NCBI GenBank assembly: GCA_002633005.1
Contig: NMRA01000041.1
Span: forward strand, 100,819 to 164,818
Origin: Phoronis australis
Lineage: Eukaryota; Animalia; Phoronida
DNA length: 64,000 nucleotides
Direction: 5' to 3'
Position numbers and translations under genes: made by a program. The notes under the pieces were generated by a model that saw only the letters and a list, made by a program, of their open reading frames with translations, was not told the origin of the DNA and did no database searches. This document shows positions 46,091-59,823 of the stretch, in pieces. Position 1 is the stretch's first letter. Each line of letters begins with the position of its first letter.

Positions 46091-48705
46091 AAGCATGGGC
46101 GGCGCAGCACTGAATAAAGTGGGAGCTAGGCTATAACCCCTAGCCCCCTATGGTGCACCGCCCATGCTACCTGCATGTAAGTCACTGAATGACACTACTG
46201 CAACATGCCCATTAGAAATACTTGAAGGACTTAATATAACAAGGTACCATACAATGGATACATAATTACCCACAACTCATAAATACATAATGCCATTATA
46301 AGCATTATGCAGCAACATTGGGGATTGTAAACTTTTCTGAAATCATTTAGTGCATGCTGCTAAAATAAGAATATATTATGTAACACGAAGTGTTGCCTGT
46401 TCTGATCAAGGCCACCAACTTCAGTGCCTGACTTTGAAAGTTCAGTATATATATCTATCACAATAAATTGAAGTTTACACATTAATTATATTTATTCTTC
46501 AGTAATAATGTACATAATTGTACTTTGTGACTTTGTTGGTTAGGTGAAGCTACTAGCAGCCTATAACTTTGCTGGCCACCCATGTAATTCTTCTGTTTCA
46601 TGCTGTTTCTCTACCTTTCAGAATTTACCAAGCTCGATAAGATCTTCTAGAGAGAAAAATAACTTAAAATGGTAGTTAATTTAAAGTGGCTGTAACGTTA
46701 GAGTGATCATAATCTAAAGAGATTACAACAGTACGCTAATATCGAACACGTTCCTGACGTCAGACACGGACCAAGATGGAGACGACCCCATACATAAGTT
46801 CTGATGAACACCTACCAGAGTCAGGTAACTCAAAAATGGGATAGTAGGGGTGTTAGCCGCAGCCATTGACACTTATGGACTAATCACAGTTGTTGCCTGC
46901 TTATGTCACCTGGAACAAATCTACTACTGGGTTGCCAAATTATAGGACAAATTGCTCAGGTGAGCAGTGTCGACCCATTGCTGGCCAGAGGTTTATCTGT
47001 GTGCATGTGTCAAACTTCAAATTATAATTTAAGGATGTTTAACAATATGCCTAAATCCCTTCACGGGAAATGTGATTGGCCAACAGCCCAAGACTAACTT
47101 GTATTCCCGACCATGCCACCAGAGACCACCAACGAAACATTACACCTGCAGTCCTTTTGCATAATCAGTTGTGCTATGGAATACCTGTATGTTACCAGCA
47201 CACCTTTGTCAACATCTGAAAACAGAAAAGCAGGACATCTGGATCGCAAACGATATTCATATTTCGAATTTGAGTCCTCAATTAGCAAGCGAATGTTTTA
47301 TTTCATGTCCATCACTCCGCCTGAAACCACTCTTCGCAGCATAATGTTTAACTGTGTAGGGGACAGGGGGCATTAGTGGTCTTGGTAAAAGCGATTTCTT
47401 GCTTCATAGCAAGATCTCGTGTAGGTACTGCCACTTGTATGCAAGAGACAATGTCAAAACAACGAATACATGACTATCAGCAACAAATGGTACCCTGTCT
47501 ACCAATAACTTTTTACACATGCGACATGGTGGTGGTGTACGACGGTCCGACGGTATTAAATTATCTGAGGGATAAAAGCAGACTGAGTTGAGCTGTCTCA
47601 AACATGCAATTTGAACACGAGGTATAAATTACGTGAATCTCTTCTAACTCATTACTAATTTAACCAATTTTCAGGGCATAATTTGTCGTGTCAAATATTG
47701 AGACTTCGCATTGACAGGTTTTCGTTTCAAGAAGTAAAAGTGTGTTATCTATTTTTAAATCAACAATAGGTCATATATGTCATACTTAGTCAGCTCCTTA
47801 AATGTCACAAGTGGAAAAAGTGATAGAGAGATTGGGACATGTTTGAATTTTGGCGAAGGCCAAAAGAAATCAAGGTAAAGTAAATGTCACTTTTTTATTA
47901 ATGAGTTTTACATTACCTATTCTGGCCGATTTAGCTTTATTTTGCAAGCCACAAGTTATATTTAACGTTTTTGGGCGCCAATGTATTGCTCATAAAAATG
48001 CCCACAAGGCCAGTGTACTCCCGCCATAACCTGGGGATAAGGGGAACCCCTGCCCAATTTTTCAAGGTCAACATCACTTAAGTGCCCATGTGACCAGGGC
48101 ACCCACTCAGTAACTCAGGTATAGGGTGAACTTCTGCCTCAACTTTTTAGGTCATAATGAAACCATGTTGGCTGACATCCCCTCCAGCTTAGGTTGCTAT
48201 GACCTTGGAATGTTGATCACTTGTTTGTTGTTTTTTTTTCTTAAGGCAAACATCTTACCTTATAGAACATTATGAAAAGGACCTGTGCATAACATGAAAA
48301 ATAAAAAGTTTGGTCCATGTAACTGTACTTTTATCAATTATGGAAAAGAGGAAGTCTTTGACTACTAATTTTTGAAAATAGCTAAAAGTTTTCAAGTGCT
48401 TTATCCATTTTGGCACACTGAATATTTTGTTTAACGTGACAATTTGAGAACACATTTACAAAAATTGTTCTAATTGACATCAAATTTATTTCTAACTAGA
48501 TTAGTGATTATTTGAGCAAAATATATTAAGCAACTGTTAGCAAGGACACTGCCCATTAGTTGTTGATGATAACAGTGGCCCCTGGTGATAACTTCAATGG
48601 GACCAAAGTAGACCATTCATACCGCACCTCAGCGCAGAGGCTCCACTGTTAAATCCACTGTTTACTGCAACGTCAACTGCCACTGTTAATTTCGATCCAG
48701 AACCA

Positions 48706-48843
48706 ATGTCAACCGTTCATACTCACCACAACTCCCCAAAACATCAACGCGTCAAGGTCAGTATGAAAGGGCCTATGTCAACCGTTCATACTGACCACAA
48801 CTCCCCAAAACATCGACGCGTGAAGGTCAGTATGAAAGGGCCT
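48706..48843. repeat. 69-bp tandem duplication
   Basis: 48706-48774 repeated at 48775-48843. Confidence 0.9.
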
Positions 48844-49939
48844 ATAAAGACTCAGAATCCTGGATATGTGAGTGTAAGACTAATTTCCTCCATGGCCGTT
48901 TGTGACAGTGTGGCTCCATGCAGAGAAAGTTACAGTGAAATGTCATCGCAGTCTAACGGGGGAGTTCCACCATACATTTGCTTTGAGTAGTGGGTTTGGC
49001 CTTAGTGCATTTTTCGTGTTTAATATACAAGAGAAAGCTTCCAATGACTATGTAGTCAAACAAGATATAAAGATTGCTCAGATCACTGAGAACACCAAAA
49101 ATATGATGTATCTAGGTAAACCGTCATTCAAAATTGCCTATTCATAACCCTGATACCACAAAAAGGGAGAGTTAACTTGTTAAGCTATAATTTAATACAT
49201 AATCCACCATGAACTGAAAACAGGCAAATCCTAGGGGTTACATGACTTATGGTTTCAATGCACTGTCACGACTACTAAGCTGAACTTGTCACATCAATAG
49301 AAAAATGGTACTTGCACAGTGGACTTTTAATGCTCCTAACAAATCTGGCAGTATCTTCCAACACTAGTAATAGTAAGTGGTTGTTGGGTTGTTTACCTGC
49401 AATTCTAGTCAAAGACAAGCTACACTTATCAATATTGCCATTTATGAGGCATTGAGCACAAAAGACAGCCACCACCATTCCTGTTAAGATCCTAAGCACC
49501 TCATTGTCAACTCCAATTGTGTGGCTGCTGTATTAGGCCTCTCATGGGGGTTCCTTGGCAAATAAATAAATAGCATTGATTTGGTCAACACATTGATTTA
49601 AAGGGCAGCTGCATTTTAATTGTATCGCATTCTCTTCCACCTTTCATGTAAGATTAGATTGAAAGAAACACGTTAGTGTAAATGCACCAATCAACCTTAC
49701 ATAAACTTTATACTTGCAGTAAGTACGATCACCCTCCATTTTAGAGAAAGACATTGATTGTTAACTCCACTTGGGACACTTGCTTCAGAAAACTATCCTT
49801 GAAAGCATGTTCTGGCGAACATATGTATGGTCCTTGAGAAAATGCTTGGGAGGTGAACTTTGTTGTCTAGTATCTCTGCAAATCTTGCTGTTTTCATGAA
49901 AATGACAATTGTAGTGTGGTAGTCGATCACTTTAGAGCT

Positions 49940-50197
49940 GGTACCCATTCCAAGAAAACTGACTTAGGTAAGACAAATCATAAATTTAAGTCAATTTTAA
50001 GATAAAAGTTCAATTTGTCTCAAGAAAGTGATCGCAAGTTTGACAAGTGGTTTTGGACTAAGTTTTTTACTTAAGTTTTGTCTCAAGATCAACCGACTTA
50101 CCAGATGTGTGGCATTAGAAAGATTGGAAGTTGAGACAATTCTTAGATTTAAGTAAAAAACAAACTTACCGGTAAGTCAGATTCTTGGAATGGGCCC
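49940..50197. mobile_element. MITE, TIR GG(T/G)(A/C)CCCATTCCAAGAA..CTGACTTA
   Basis: ~25-bp imperfect TIRs. Confidence 0.7.
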
Positions 50198-51541
50198 ATG
50201 GGAAATTCGATCATATACAACTGTTTCACTTTATTGTTTACTAAAGGTGGAAAGTTTTCAAGGAAAGGGACCCCTTTTAGTGACTTATTACCAAACCGGA
50301 GATAACATGCTGTATTTCATTTGGCAACTCTCACACTAACGGGATCAGCACGCAATTGCGTGCACTGTCCACCCTAGATCATCCATCGAATTCCTCGGCA
50401 AACCAAAAGCCTGATGTCGCCGTCACAGAATGAAGTGACCTAGTCATTATTTGTGGAATTAATGGCAGTCGTAAACCAACGTGTCAGTTTCACGAACGAG
50501 CCAAAGTAAAAAAATGATAACAATAAGTAAGGCAAACACCCAACATTTTTAAAATTGATAAGTAAATATTAGGCATTTTTTTAAATGAACGTATTGTAAG
50601 AAAAGTTAGGGAATAGGTCTTCCTCAGCAGCATGGCAGCAAAGCGATTTAATTTGTTCATCAAGTAGGACCACTCTAAGTTAAGCTCGGTTAGGCTTGGG
50701 GTAACAAAACCACAAATGTTACAGTCAGAGTTGCCTCCCGAATGTACACTAATGAGTACGTATACGTCATTATTATATAGTGTCTATGAATAATCAAGGA
50801 AACAGAAAACCCACACAAGCCACAACTAACCAAGAACAACTGAAAACAGCTTGACACCAGTGACAGCAGTAAACGCTCAAATGATCAACACTACCAAAGG
50901 TTGAAAACCTGAGCTCCATGATTGCCAATTTTTTTACTGCTAACTTGGTCAAAAACACCACTGTGAATGGACACTGCATGAATGTTAGAAATCTAGGATT
51001 ACTTAAATAATACGGGAATTTTGCACTTTTTTCTGTGATTGCATGTGTGGTGGTCAAAAATGAACACCTGTCACCACAAACGAAGTGTGTACTGGCACGT
51101 TCAGTATAGAACCTTCTCTTACACGACATCAATCACGTGGCGTCTTATTATTACTCAGTCACCTGGAGTACCTTTCCACAAATAAGCATAATTATCTCAT
51201 TATCTGATGTGAATACTGGCATTTAAATTTTGATTTTCAGATTTTAAACAGCTAGCTGGAAAATATAACATTCACAGCAACTGAGTAAGACGTTCTAAAC
51301 CTTGTACTTCATCCTTTATTCTGTCGATGTTGACTTACAGTGGGTTGTGTTGTGGACAGGACATTGCACTACACAGGCAGTCTGTCCTCTGAGTCTGAGT
51401 ACGTTCACGACAGTTTACACTCGACTCGTGTTTCGTAACAATATCAGTAGTATATATGATTGAATGTTCAGTCTAAACTTATCAAACATGATTTAGATAC
51501 ACTGGTAACGTCAAAAAATTGCCATTGAAACGCAGACTTAC

Positions 51542-51810
51542 CGAGTCTTGGGGTGTCTTTTGAACGACTGATACACTGATTTCGATCACGACCACGTCGC
51601 ACACATCGGCTTTTTCCGTTGTACATTTATCAGGTCACGACGAGCCCCCGCATTTAACCAATTAGATCACTCGTAGCACTCACACCCGTTCACGCGAGGT
51701 ACTGGAGTTCAAGCACTCAAGGAGTACATTCTACGTACACTGGGGTTCAAGCTACTCTTGCAAAGACGTTTTTAAGATGTTGAAACAAGACCAATCTCAT
51801 TGGCCGACGC
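51542..51810 (-). promoter_or_regulatory. Candidate TDH non-coding first exon and promoter
   Basis: Strong donor CTCG|GTAAGT at 51541, CpG-enriched segment, CCAAT/ATTGG boxes at ~51658 and ~51791-51803. Coding exon 1 has an unexplained upstream acceptor at 43661. Confidence 0.4.
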
Positions 51811-53339
51811 TATTATTGTGCCATGGAGGGTAGCGACACTTAGCGGTTGTAGGTGCTCCGACGAAGTAGCCTATACGCGAAGCGTCGACTAGCCCACGGC
51901 CGCTTTAATTTCAACTGAAAAAATGAAGTGCCAAAGTTTTGTTTAAAATATTGAGAATACAAAATATGATTGGTGTTTTGGAAAAATACGCACATAAGAA
52001 AAATATAGAAGAAATCAAGAAAAAACTCGGGAAACGAAGCTAATTTAAATTACAGGAAATACATCATAAGCATGAGCCGATCAGTGACTCAGTAGTCCAC
52101 TGAGTGGCGACGAATGATTAAAGCTAGGACCAATATCATGTATATTACTCCCAGATTAGAGTGAGGACAGGTACAGAACATGTAGGATTTTGAACAGGTA
52201 AGTCAGGGAAGTAATCAATATAAGATAGATTTGATGAAGAGGAAGCAATAAAAATGTAGGCTACATTTATTTCCAACAGAGGCGTAGGAAGGACAGGGGG
52301 ATTGCGAGATAGTTCCGCCAAAGGCACCCAATATTAATAATTATGAATTAATTAACAATCAATTGTTAAAAATTTCAACACACAAGCTTTGTTTTAAATT
52401 AAAATGTGAAAAATTAACAGACTCTCCTCCTCCCAACTATCAAATATTTCCTACATCAATGTCCAAAAACTGGAATCGACCCGAACTGGGGTCCAGATCT
52501 TTGAAAATTCACACATTACGACATTCTACATTCGAGCAGGAGGTCTATGTCCGCTGCATGAAACAGAACCAAATAGCGACTCCGCAGGGGCGGGTCCAGG
52601 ATTTTTAAAAATCAAGGTTTTTTAAAAAGGGGGCCCAAGTCAACAATTTGAAATTTCTATATTTGGCATAACTAAAATCAAGGGAACAAAAGTGGGGTTC
52701 CGGTCCCCCTTGACACCCACCCCCCCCCCCTTGGATCCGCTTGAGCTCGACTGAGCTGCCTAAATCTTTTAGGCATTTGTTTCGGTTTTTACGCACAATT
52801 ATTATATTTTTTCTATCATTAATCTTGATGAGCTCCCCTTTGACTCGAGACGTTTCACTAGCAATATAACTGAAAACAGAGCCCTTAATTCAGTCAGAAT
52901 ATTCAGGGACTTCGTCCTTACAATGAGGGCGTTGCACAAAAACACCCCTACTTATATTCACTCATATTGAGAATTCAACGTAGAGTTGACTCTAGATTTG
53001 TATCAAATCCAAAAATTTGACTTAGTGATGAGACTCGAACAGCATAAGATAGGACAATCAGTTCTTTCATAAACTCACAAATACGCAGTAGATTTAGGGA
53101 ACTCAGTTAAGTCCCTATTTGGGACTGTTTCATGCAACCGGGCATTGGACCTCCCTACATCCGTGCCTGATGTAATCTGAAATGGGTAGTGACTTGGGGT
53201 GGGGTGGGGTGAGGTGAGTGAAACGTGGGGATTGAAAACCAGCAAGATTTGGAATTCCTGAATGCAGTCAAGTAAACCTGCCTTGTATGTCCCCTCAATA
53301 AAAACAGCTAAGAGGCCTATTGAATACACAGCCCGTTTA

Positions 53340-53811
53340 GAATTGGACCTATAGAATTCCCTACTGGAGTTGCCTTGTGTTCCAAAAATGTGCTTTCTAC
53401 GCAATACGTTACAATGTACGTCATTTACAAATACAAATTTTAAAAGAAATTATTTCTGACAATGAAATGAGTAGAATTAATACATGATTTAATATAGGAA
53501 ATCCCTTCAGAACACCGAAATGATGGAGCAACATATTAAGACTCACCAGGATGTTAAAATTTAGAAAAATTAAATACTCAGAAGAGTTGAAAATAAATTA
53601 AAATAACTGATATCTTACTATATACTGTTTCGAAATCAGATTTCTGAAGAATTCCTATAGTATTTTCTCTATAGGAATTCCTATAGGAAACCTTGATCCT
53701 ATAGGAAATCCTATATGAAATCAATATATTGATTTCATATAGGATTTCCTATAGGATCAAGATTTCCTGTAGGAATTCCTATTGGGTCCTATATGATCCT
53801 TTTCGTAAGGG
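53340..53811 (-). mobile_element. Partial inverted copy of the CCCTTACGAA/ATAGGAATTCCT element
   Basis: The reverse complement of 53536-53811 aligns with ~60531-60855. Confidence 0.7.
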
Positions 53812-54793
53812 TTGAATCATTGACATTATTCCCGAGATGATTTAAACAGAATTTATTTTAAGCGTCGAGATGTCAGCTTCACTGGCATTTTCTATCCTTG
53901 TCCGGAACTCTCTCCGGTGGTGAATCGGCAGGATTGATCAGACCTTGCCTGATAGCTGATATTGTTTCTGCTATTCGGCACTAAGTCGACTGCTTCAGCT
54001 GCCTCTCGTAGGAGTTTTCTCCTGGACGCAGTATATTCTTGGCTTCATAAGTCTGTAACCATCTTCCATTGGTCTGCATAATGAATAATTCCCCGAACTG
54101 ATGTCGGCGCTTGCCACTGCATTTGATCCCCAGCCTTTCTGAAACTAGTGAACTCAAGTTTCTTTCATCTTCGGTTTTGGTTTACTTCTAGTTTCTAGGT
54201 CAATAATGCTTAAGTTTACTATTACCTTGAGTACTTGGATGTGGCGCCTTGTGCGTGTAGGCCTACCGCCCACTTGCTAAGGTGACACTGCAAGATGAGA
54301 ACTGTATGTGCTCCAAGCTTCACCACTTGCTACATACTAGAGAGAGCACTTCATCTGATATTCCCTAAATGCTGAGGTTACTTGGTGCAGGTAATGCATC
54401 AATAGTCGTACATAACATCTGTGGTTCATTTCTTTTTTATGTTACTATTACAATGTTATTTATCGCATTTTGGTAACACCCTTGGTTTTTAATTTGTTTT
54501 TTCAGAATTAACAAGTATTTTTAACCTGTCAGGTACGCGAAATGATCTATATTTCTAAATTAAATTATTTAACTTTTGCTTCTGGTATAATCATACCGAG
54601 GAAGGACTTTAATATGCAGTTTGGTTGAAAAGTGGCGGAGTTTAGAAAAGGTTTATTGACACTGAATTCCATAGCAAGAACCAACAATGGAACAAACGAA
54701 TGCAAACAAATTCCACGCATGCGCGCTGCAACCTCAGCAGCGCGAGATCAAATTTGGCAGTCCAGGGCTATTTCATTTAACAAATACACAATC

Positions 54794-54948
54794 ACGGGCG
54801 GCTCAGCACTGACAAAAGAGTGGGGTGTAGCCCCCCCCCCCCCCCCCCNCAGTCCCCCTGTGGTGCGCCGCCCATAGAGCATGGGCTGCGCAGCACTGAA
54901 AAAGAGTGGGCTATAACCCGCCAGCCCCCCTATGGTGCGCCGCCCATG
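54794..54948. mobile_element. Two tandem mini-elements with TIR CATGGGCGGCGCA
   Basis: A third copy lies at 46093-46146. Confidence 0.6.
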
Positions 54949-55468
54949 ACAATACATCGTCATAAAAATATACTCATCGAAGAGAGGGAGTCCATTACAA
55001 TAGAAGTCATGCTCCTAAAATACTTTAAAGCGAAATGCTATATCATTTGAAAACATGGACGGGAGTGACAACCTCGTTCCATCATTGGGTCACTTTCTTT
55101 AACATAAAAGATTGCACGATTTCACAAAAACAAGAAAATTGATTCCGTCATGGTGCCTTAATAAAAGGAAAAAGCAGGGAACGAGAAGCCTTGGGTGCCA
55201 TCAGCGGGTCCTCTTCCAAGAGCTAAGAGTGGTGTCAAATGACTCTCATTAAAAATGAATAAAAACAGCAGATGACACCATTATCCCTTGTCGAGCAGCG
55301 ATGCTTTGAGAAGTACAGCCTTTACATTCTTTAAAAATTGTTTTCGTCTACATCAATTTACATGAATAAAAATGCATTTTATAACCCTGCATGGGGGCTC
55401 GCCAACAAAAATCTGTTGGCCAGGGACTCCTAAGGGTAAATCCAGCACTGGTTGTTGGCAAAGGCTCT

Positions 55469-58344
55469 AACACGCCCTAAAATGTAACAATTTTGTAAAA
55501 TGTAATAATAACGTAAAACGTAACAGTTGTTAAGGCTCTCCTAAAATGTAACAAGTTCATTGAAAAAAAGATTTTTCATAGCTTCGGTGAAGGTATGGAA
55601 TAAGTAAAATCAACTTACTCAGAGACTGAAGAGTTAACAGTTCGAACGTTTCGGAGTGTATTCTAAAGTCGTTATCAACGATTGATGACGGGACGTCCTG
55701 GTTTCCGCCGTTCCGTTCTCCGGAAGCAGTTATTACATTTTACGTAATTACTACATTTAAGTCGAATGCGCATGCGAGAAATGTACCATTGTTACATTTT
55801 ACGAAACCATCGTTATATTACAAAAAATGATTAAAATCCCGAACAAGTGGTATCTGACAGAGCCGGGGGGAACTCGAGTATTTTGGACTAGGGGTGCCGC
55901 CCGAAAATTTTGGATACCTATCCATTTAGAGAGTGGGCTTGGCCGACAAAGAAGGGATCCATTTAGAGCGTAATTTTGAGTAAAGTTTCACATTTGGCAA
56001 AGTTCTTTTCCAGAAATTCAAACAAGGCACCCTTTTAGATAGCATTTTGTCGAAAATGGCACCGTTTTGGACAGCATTTTTGCCGTGAAAAAATACCCTT
56101 TTGAGCTGCACTTTTCGTATACCTCTTCTATAGGAATGCCCTTCGGGGTGTCAGGGCATAAATTTGGCTACCCTTTATCATTCTTATAACTATTACATTA
56201 CTATTACTACTATTATTACTACTACTGCTTTTACTACTATTACTACTATTACTCGTTATCCTTATCGTTATCTTTATTATTATTATTGTTGCTATTGTTA
56301 TTGTTAATATCGGATTTTTTAACGAGAACACAGTGCAATATACACAGTACATGTTTAGCAAAGTGCTAATATATCATGGTCCTCAAAGATATCAAAATCA
56401 TCTCGCTTATGGTTCAATGTTTTCACCGGGCTTCCAATAATGGACAGCCACTGCTATATCAAAAGGATTTTAAAGAGGTTCCCATGTTGAGCCTTAAGGG
56501 TATTGTGAGAAACTTCTCGACAGCTGCGGATGCAGAGTAGGCCTATTTTTTGGAAACGAGGAGGTTGACATTTAAAATCTTGTTTAGACTTGCGCTAACA
56601 AATTTCTGAACCATCGTCAAGCACGATATTGTTTGTAAATATAGCTACCGGGTACATACTTTTGTAGTTTGCCACGAAGAACTGAATTTAGACTGTAATC
56701 TTTTACTTATGACTTACATCTGTACGTGATAGTACCCACCGTTGTCTCTTGTTGAAAACATTCCATTTCAAAGAACTAGGGCTGGTTCTATGATTATGTG
56801 TCAGTTCAAAAATTGCTTTAAGTTCAACTCTGGAGGCAGACATTTTTTGTGAACTGACGACTAGTCGGTTATGGCTGCAGTCAACGGGGCATTAGAAAGC
56901 TGGTAACGGGCATATAATACACGTAACAATTTATATGAAGCGGACCCCTATAATCTTAGGAGAACACAGTGATTTGAACTAGGTTTCAATGCAAGTGGGT
57001 CGTGTGAAGCAAAAACGGCCAACGTCGAAGTCAGTGATGCTTAATATGCGCTTTTTGTGCGACGTAGCAAAAGGGTTAATGTTCAAAATTCTCTTATCTG
57101 CCTACAACCACGCGTTGTTGACAGCGACCTGCAACCCTCCCCCGCCCAAAAATGGCGTCTCATGAGACACGTGGCTTCACCTCCATTAATCATTGTAGAA
57201 TATCCATTCTCTGTATTTAATTATGTGTGCTACGGACTAACGAACTTTGACAAAATGGCAATTTTAATTGATATTTGATCTTAAACAACAATGTAAGAGA
57301 AAGCGTATGTTTTTGAAGTTCGAAAGGCCAACAGTCAGCTTTTTTCGGACTGTCGTCCCTTAAACTATCGACCGAGAGCCGATGTGAGCAAAATGATCAT
57401 GTCCTTTCAGAATGTCAAATTATTTTCTATTTCCCCAGCTAGGCCTCCCACGTTTACGTACACACGTCACGGTTTGATCTGATGTTACCACCAATATTTC
57501 TGATCTGACATCATAGGAACAATGATATTTCTTTCAGCTTTTTTAAAAGATGTTTAAAACACGGGATTATGCCGCCACTGTTTTAAACTATGGGCTCGCC
57601 CTTCTCAAATGCGACCTTTTGGTGTTACACTGTTAATAATCTTTCAACCTTCCCGCAAATAAATGCGTGCTTTTATTTTTTCCACCACAATCTCTTTAAG
57701 AAATTTGCAACTAATAAGATTGTAGGCAGAACCCGTCACCATCAGAAACTTTGGTCTCGCGCCTTTTGTGAGGAGCAGGACAATTACTGCATTAGCGATA
57801 AAACACTGGCTGAAATAAATCAAACTACAGTGGATTAAAACGGGTGTTTTTTCTATCAAATTGGCTTCTGAAATTGAATTCTCTGTAAATATTTGTTACG
57901 GTCGTTTGTTCCCGAAGAAATGCCATAAATATTTGCCAGAATACCATGTCATTGTTTCTGTTGGGCTTACCAATGCAAGTGATTTTACTGTAATGCCGGA
58001 TACACAATTGGTTTATGACCTGTGAGCGCCAAAAAAAGATTGCAAGAACGCTTTAACTATAAAAAACTTGCTACCTTGTCCTGGAAACTGTTTTCAACTG
58101 GAGATGAAAGTGTACAGGGTGCATGTTACTATACCAAGAAAGTATCCATGTTAAAAAACGGTGGAAAGCACAGAGGGACACATCAGATTCTATAAATTCA
58201 AGCTGGCACAGTTGACACAATTTCATCCAAACAATACGAGAAAGAAGCCGTTTTAGGAGAGGCCTAGCAACGTAAAATGTAACTAATGATGTAAAATGTA
58301 ACAATTCCTACATTTTACGAAATTGTTATATTTTACGGCGTACT
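55469..58344. mobile_element. ~2.9-kb non-autonomous TIR DNA transposon with an 8-bp TSD
   Basis: AAGGCTCT at 55461-55468 and 58345-58352; TIR A..ACGCC(C/G)TAAAAT(G/A)TAACAATTT; subterminal GTAAAATGTAAC repeats. Confidence 0.75.
56188..56306. repeat. Compound (TAC/TAT)n microsatellite
   Basis: Read directly. Confidence 0.9.
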
Positions 58345-59823
58345 AAGGCTCTATAAATTTTCTCTCTTCTACAAGTTTCGCTGTGTCTTTCTTTTCTCAA
58401 CTGCCTCCGTGTCGTTCCAGTAAAATTTAGCAAAACAGGATAACATGACCAAATTTCATCCTATGTTCACGATGAAATCTGAAGAACGCTGTTAGTGTTT
58501 TGATAATCATTTCGTTTTCTTCGTTTCTTCAACTTTGTAGTTTTTTCATGGAATCATCATATTACTATTTTTAGCCTCTCATGTAAAAGTGGGGAATATC
58601 AAAAAACACTTCCTAACAACGTTTTGGATAACAGCTCATAAAGTATGGTATATGAACGTTTCATATAATACAATTAGCCACTTCCGGGATATGGTGTTCC
58701 AAAATTTGCCAAATCCGTCCATTTTTCGAGGATCCTATACAACATTAAGTTAAACTAGGAACTGGCAGCACAATTAGCCAGCCAACACTTGGCGGCTCGG
58801 ACCTGCCTTCAACTGAACAATAGAATGTGACAAATCGCTAATCACTGTTACGTCGAAGCTAGGACCAATATCTCATATTACTCCCAGGTCGAAGCAGGAA
58901 GAGATCTTCCTGGTCGAAGTGATAAACTTGACCGACTTTTGAAATTGAATCCATTCTGTGTTGGCGTTAAAACCGATTTTTCTCAGGTTTTGCATACTCA
59001 TGACTTGTATCTTTTAATGTTTTAATGAAGTTTTGCATGAACATGTTTCATTAGAATCAGCCCTGTGCAGACTACGGAATGTTGAGGAAACTGTATGCCG
59101 TCAAATTGCGCGTTCTTAGATCACCACTAGCAGCCCGTAAATTGTCACCTTACGTTTTTATAGTTTTTTTTTTCTGAAAATTAAACAAATTATTGCTATG
59201 AATGTTCATGAACCAGGTTGTTTCACTGTGTTTTTGTACTTGACATATATTATTGGCTGAGTGCGACAATACAACCCCCCAACAATGACAAATATTGTCC
59301 TTGGCGACAATACCTATCGGAGCTCACAGCATGTGTTGTCGCATTTGCCACATATTGACACAGGCGTATCAAGAGAGAGGGTTACGGTTTGGGGGCAGGC
59401 AATTGCCCCAAGATTTGAGCAAAAATTCGTTCCGGCAAACAAGAAAAATCGTGCAGCGGACCTTCCAATGGAAAAATATGTAACAGATAAACAAGAACGG
59501 GTGAAGTCAAGGGGAGCTTGTTGGCGACTGCAGACTCCAAGGTGAAACTGTTGGCCATTGGATACAACGTTATGACCACGTTTTGGTTTTCCATGGATCA
59601 ATTGTTAAGCAAGTGACATTATAGTAAACAATAATCGCACGACAGCAGGCCACAATATGGTCGAATGGTGGCTATTAAAATAAGGTGTCGGAAACTAGTG
59701 ACTGGAACTATAAAGTCGAAATACAACGGGGAGAGATTTTTATCATCGGTGTCCAGTAGAACAGTAACGCTCCATGACTACGAAAAACCCTGTGCAGCCT
59801 ACCTACCATGGCTGCGATCTTAA

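Noticed and set aside
46900-47600. Cluster of short ORFs suggesting a hidden gene
   Set aside because: All frames are interrupted by stops and no domain is recognisable.
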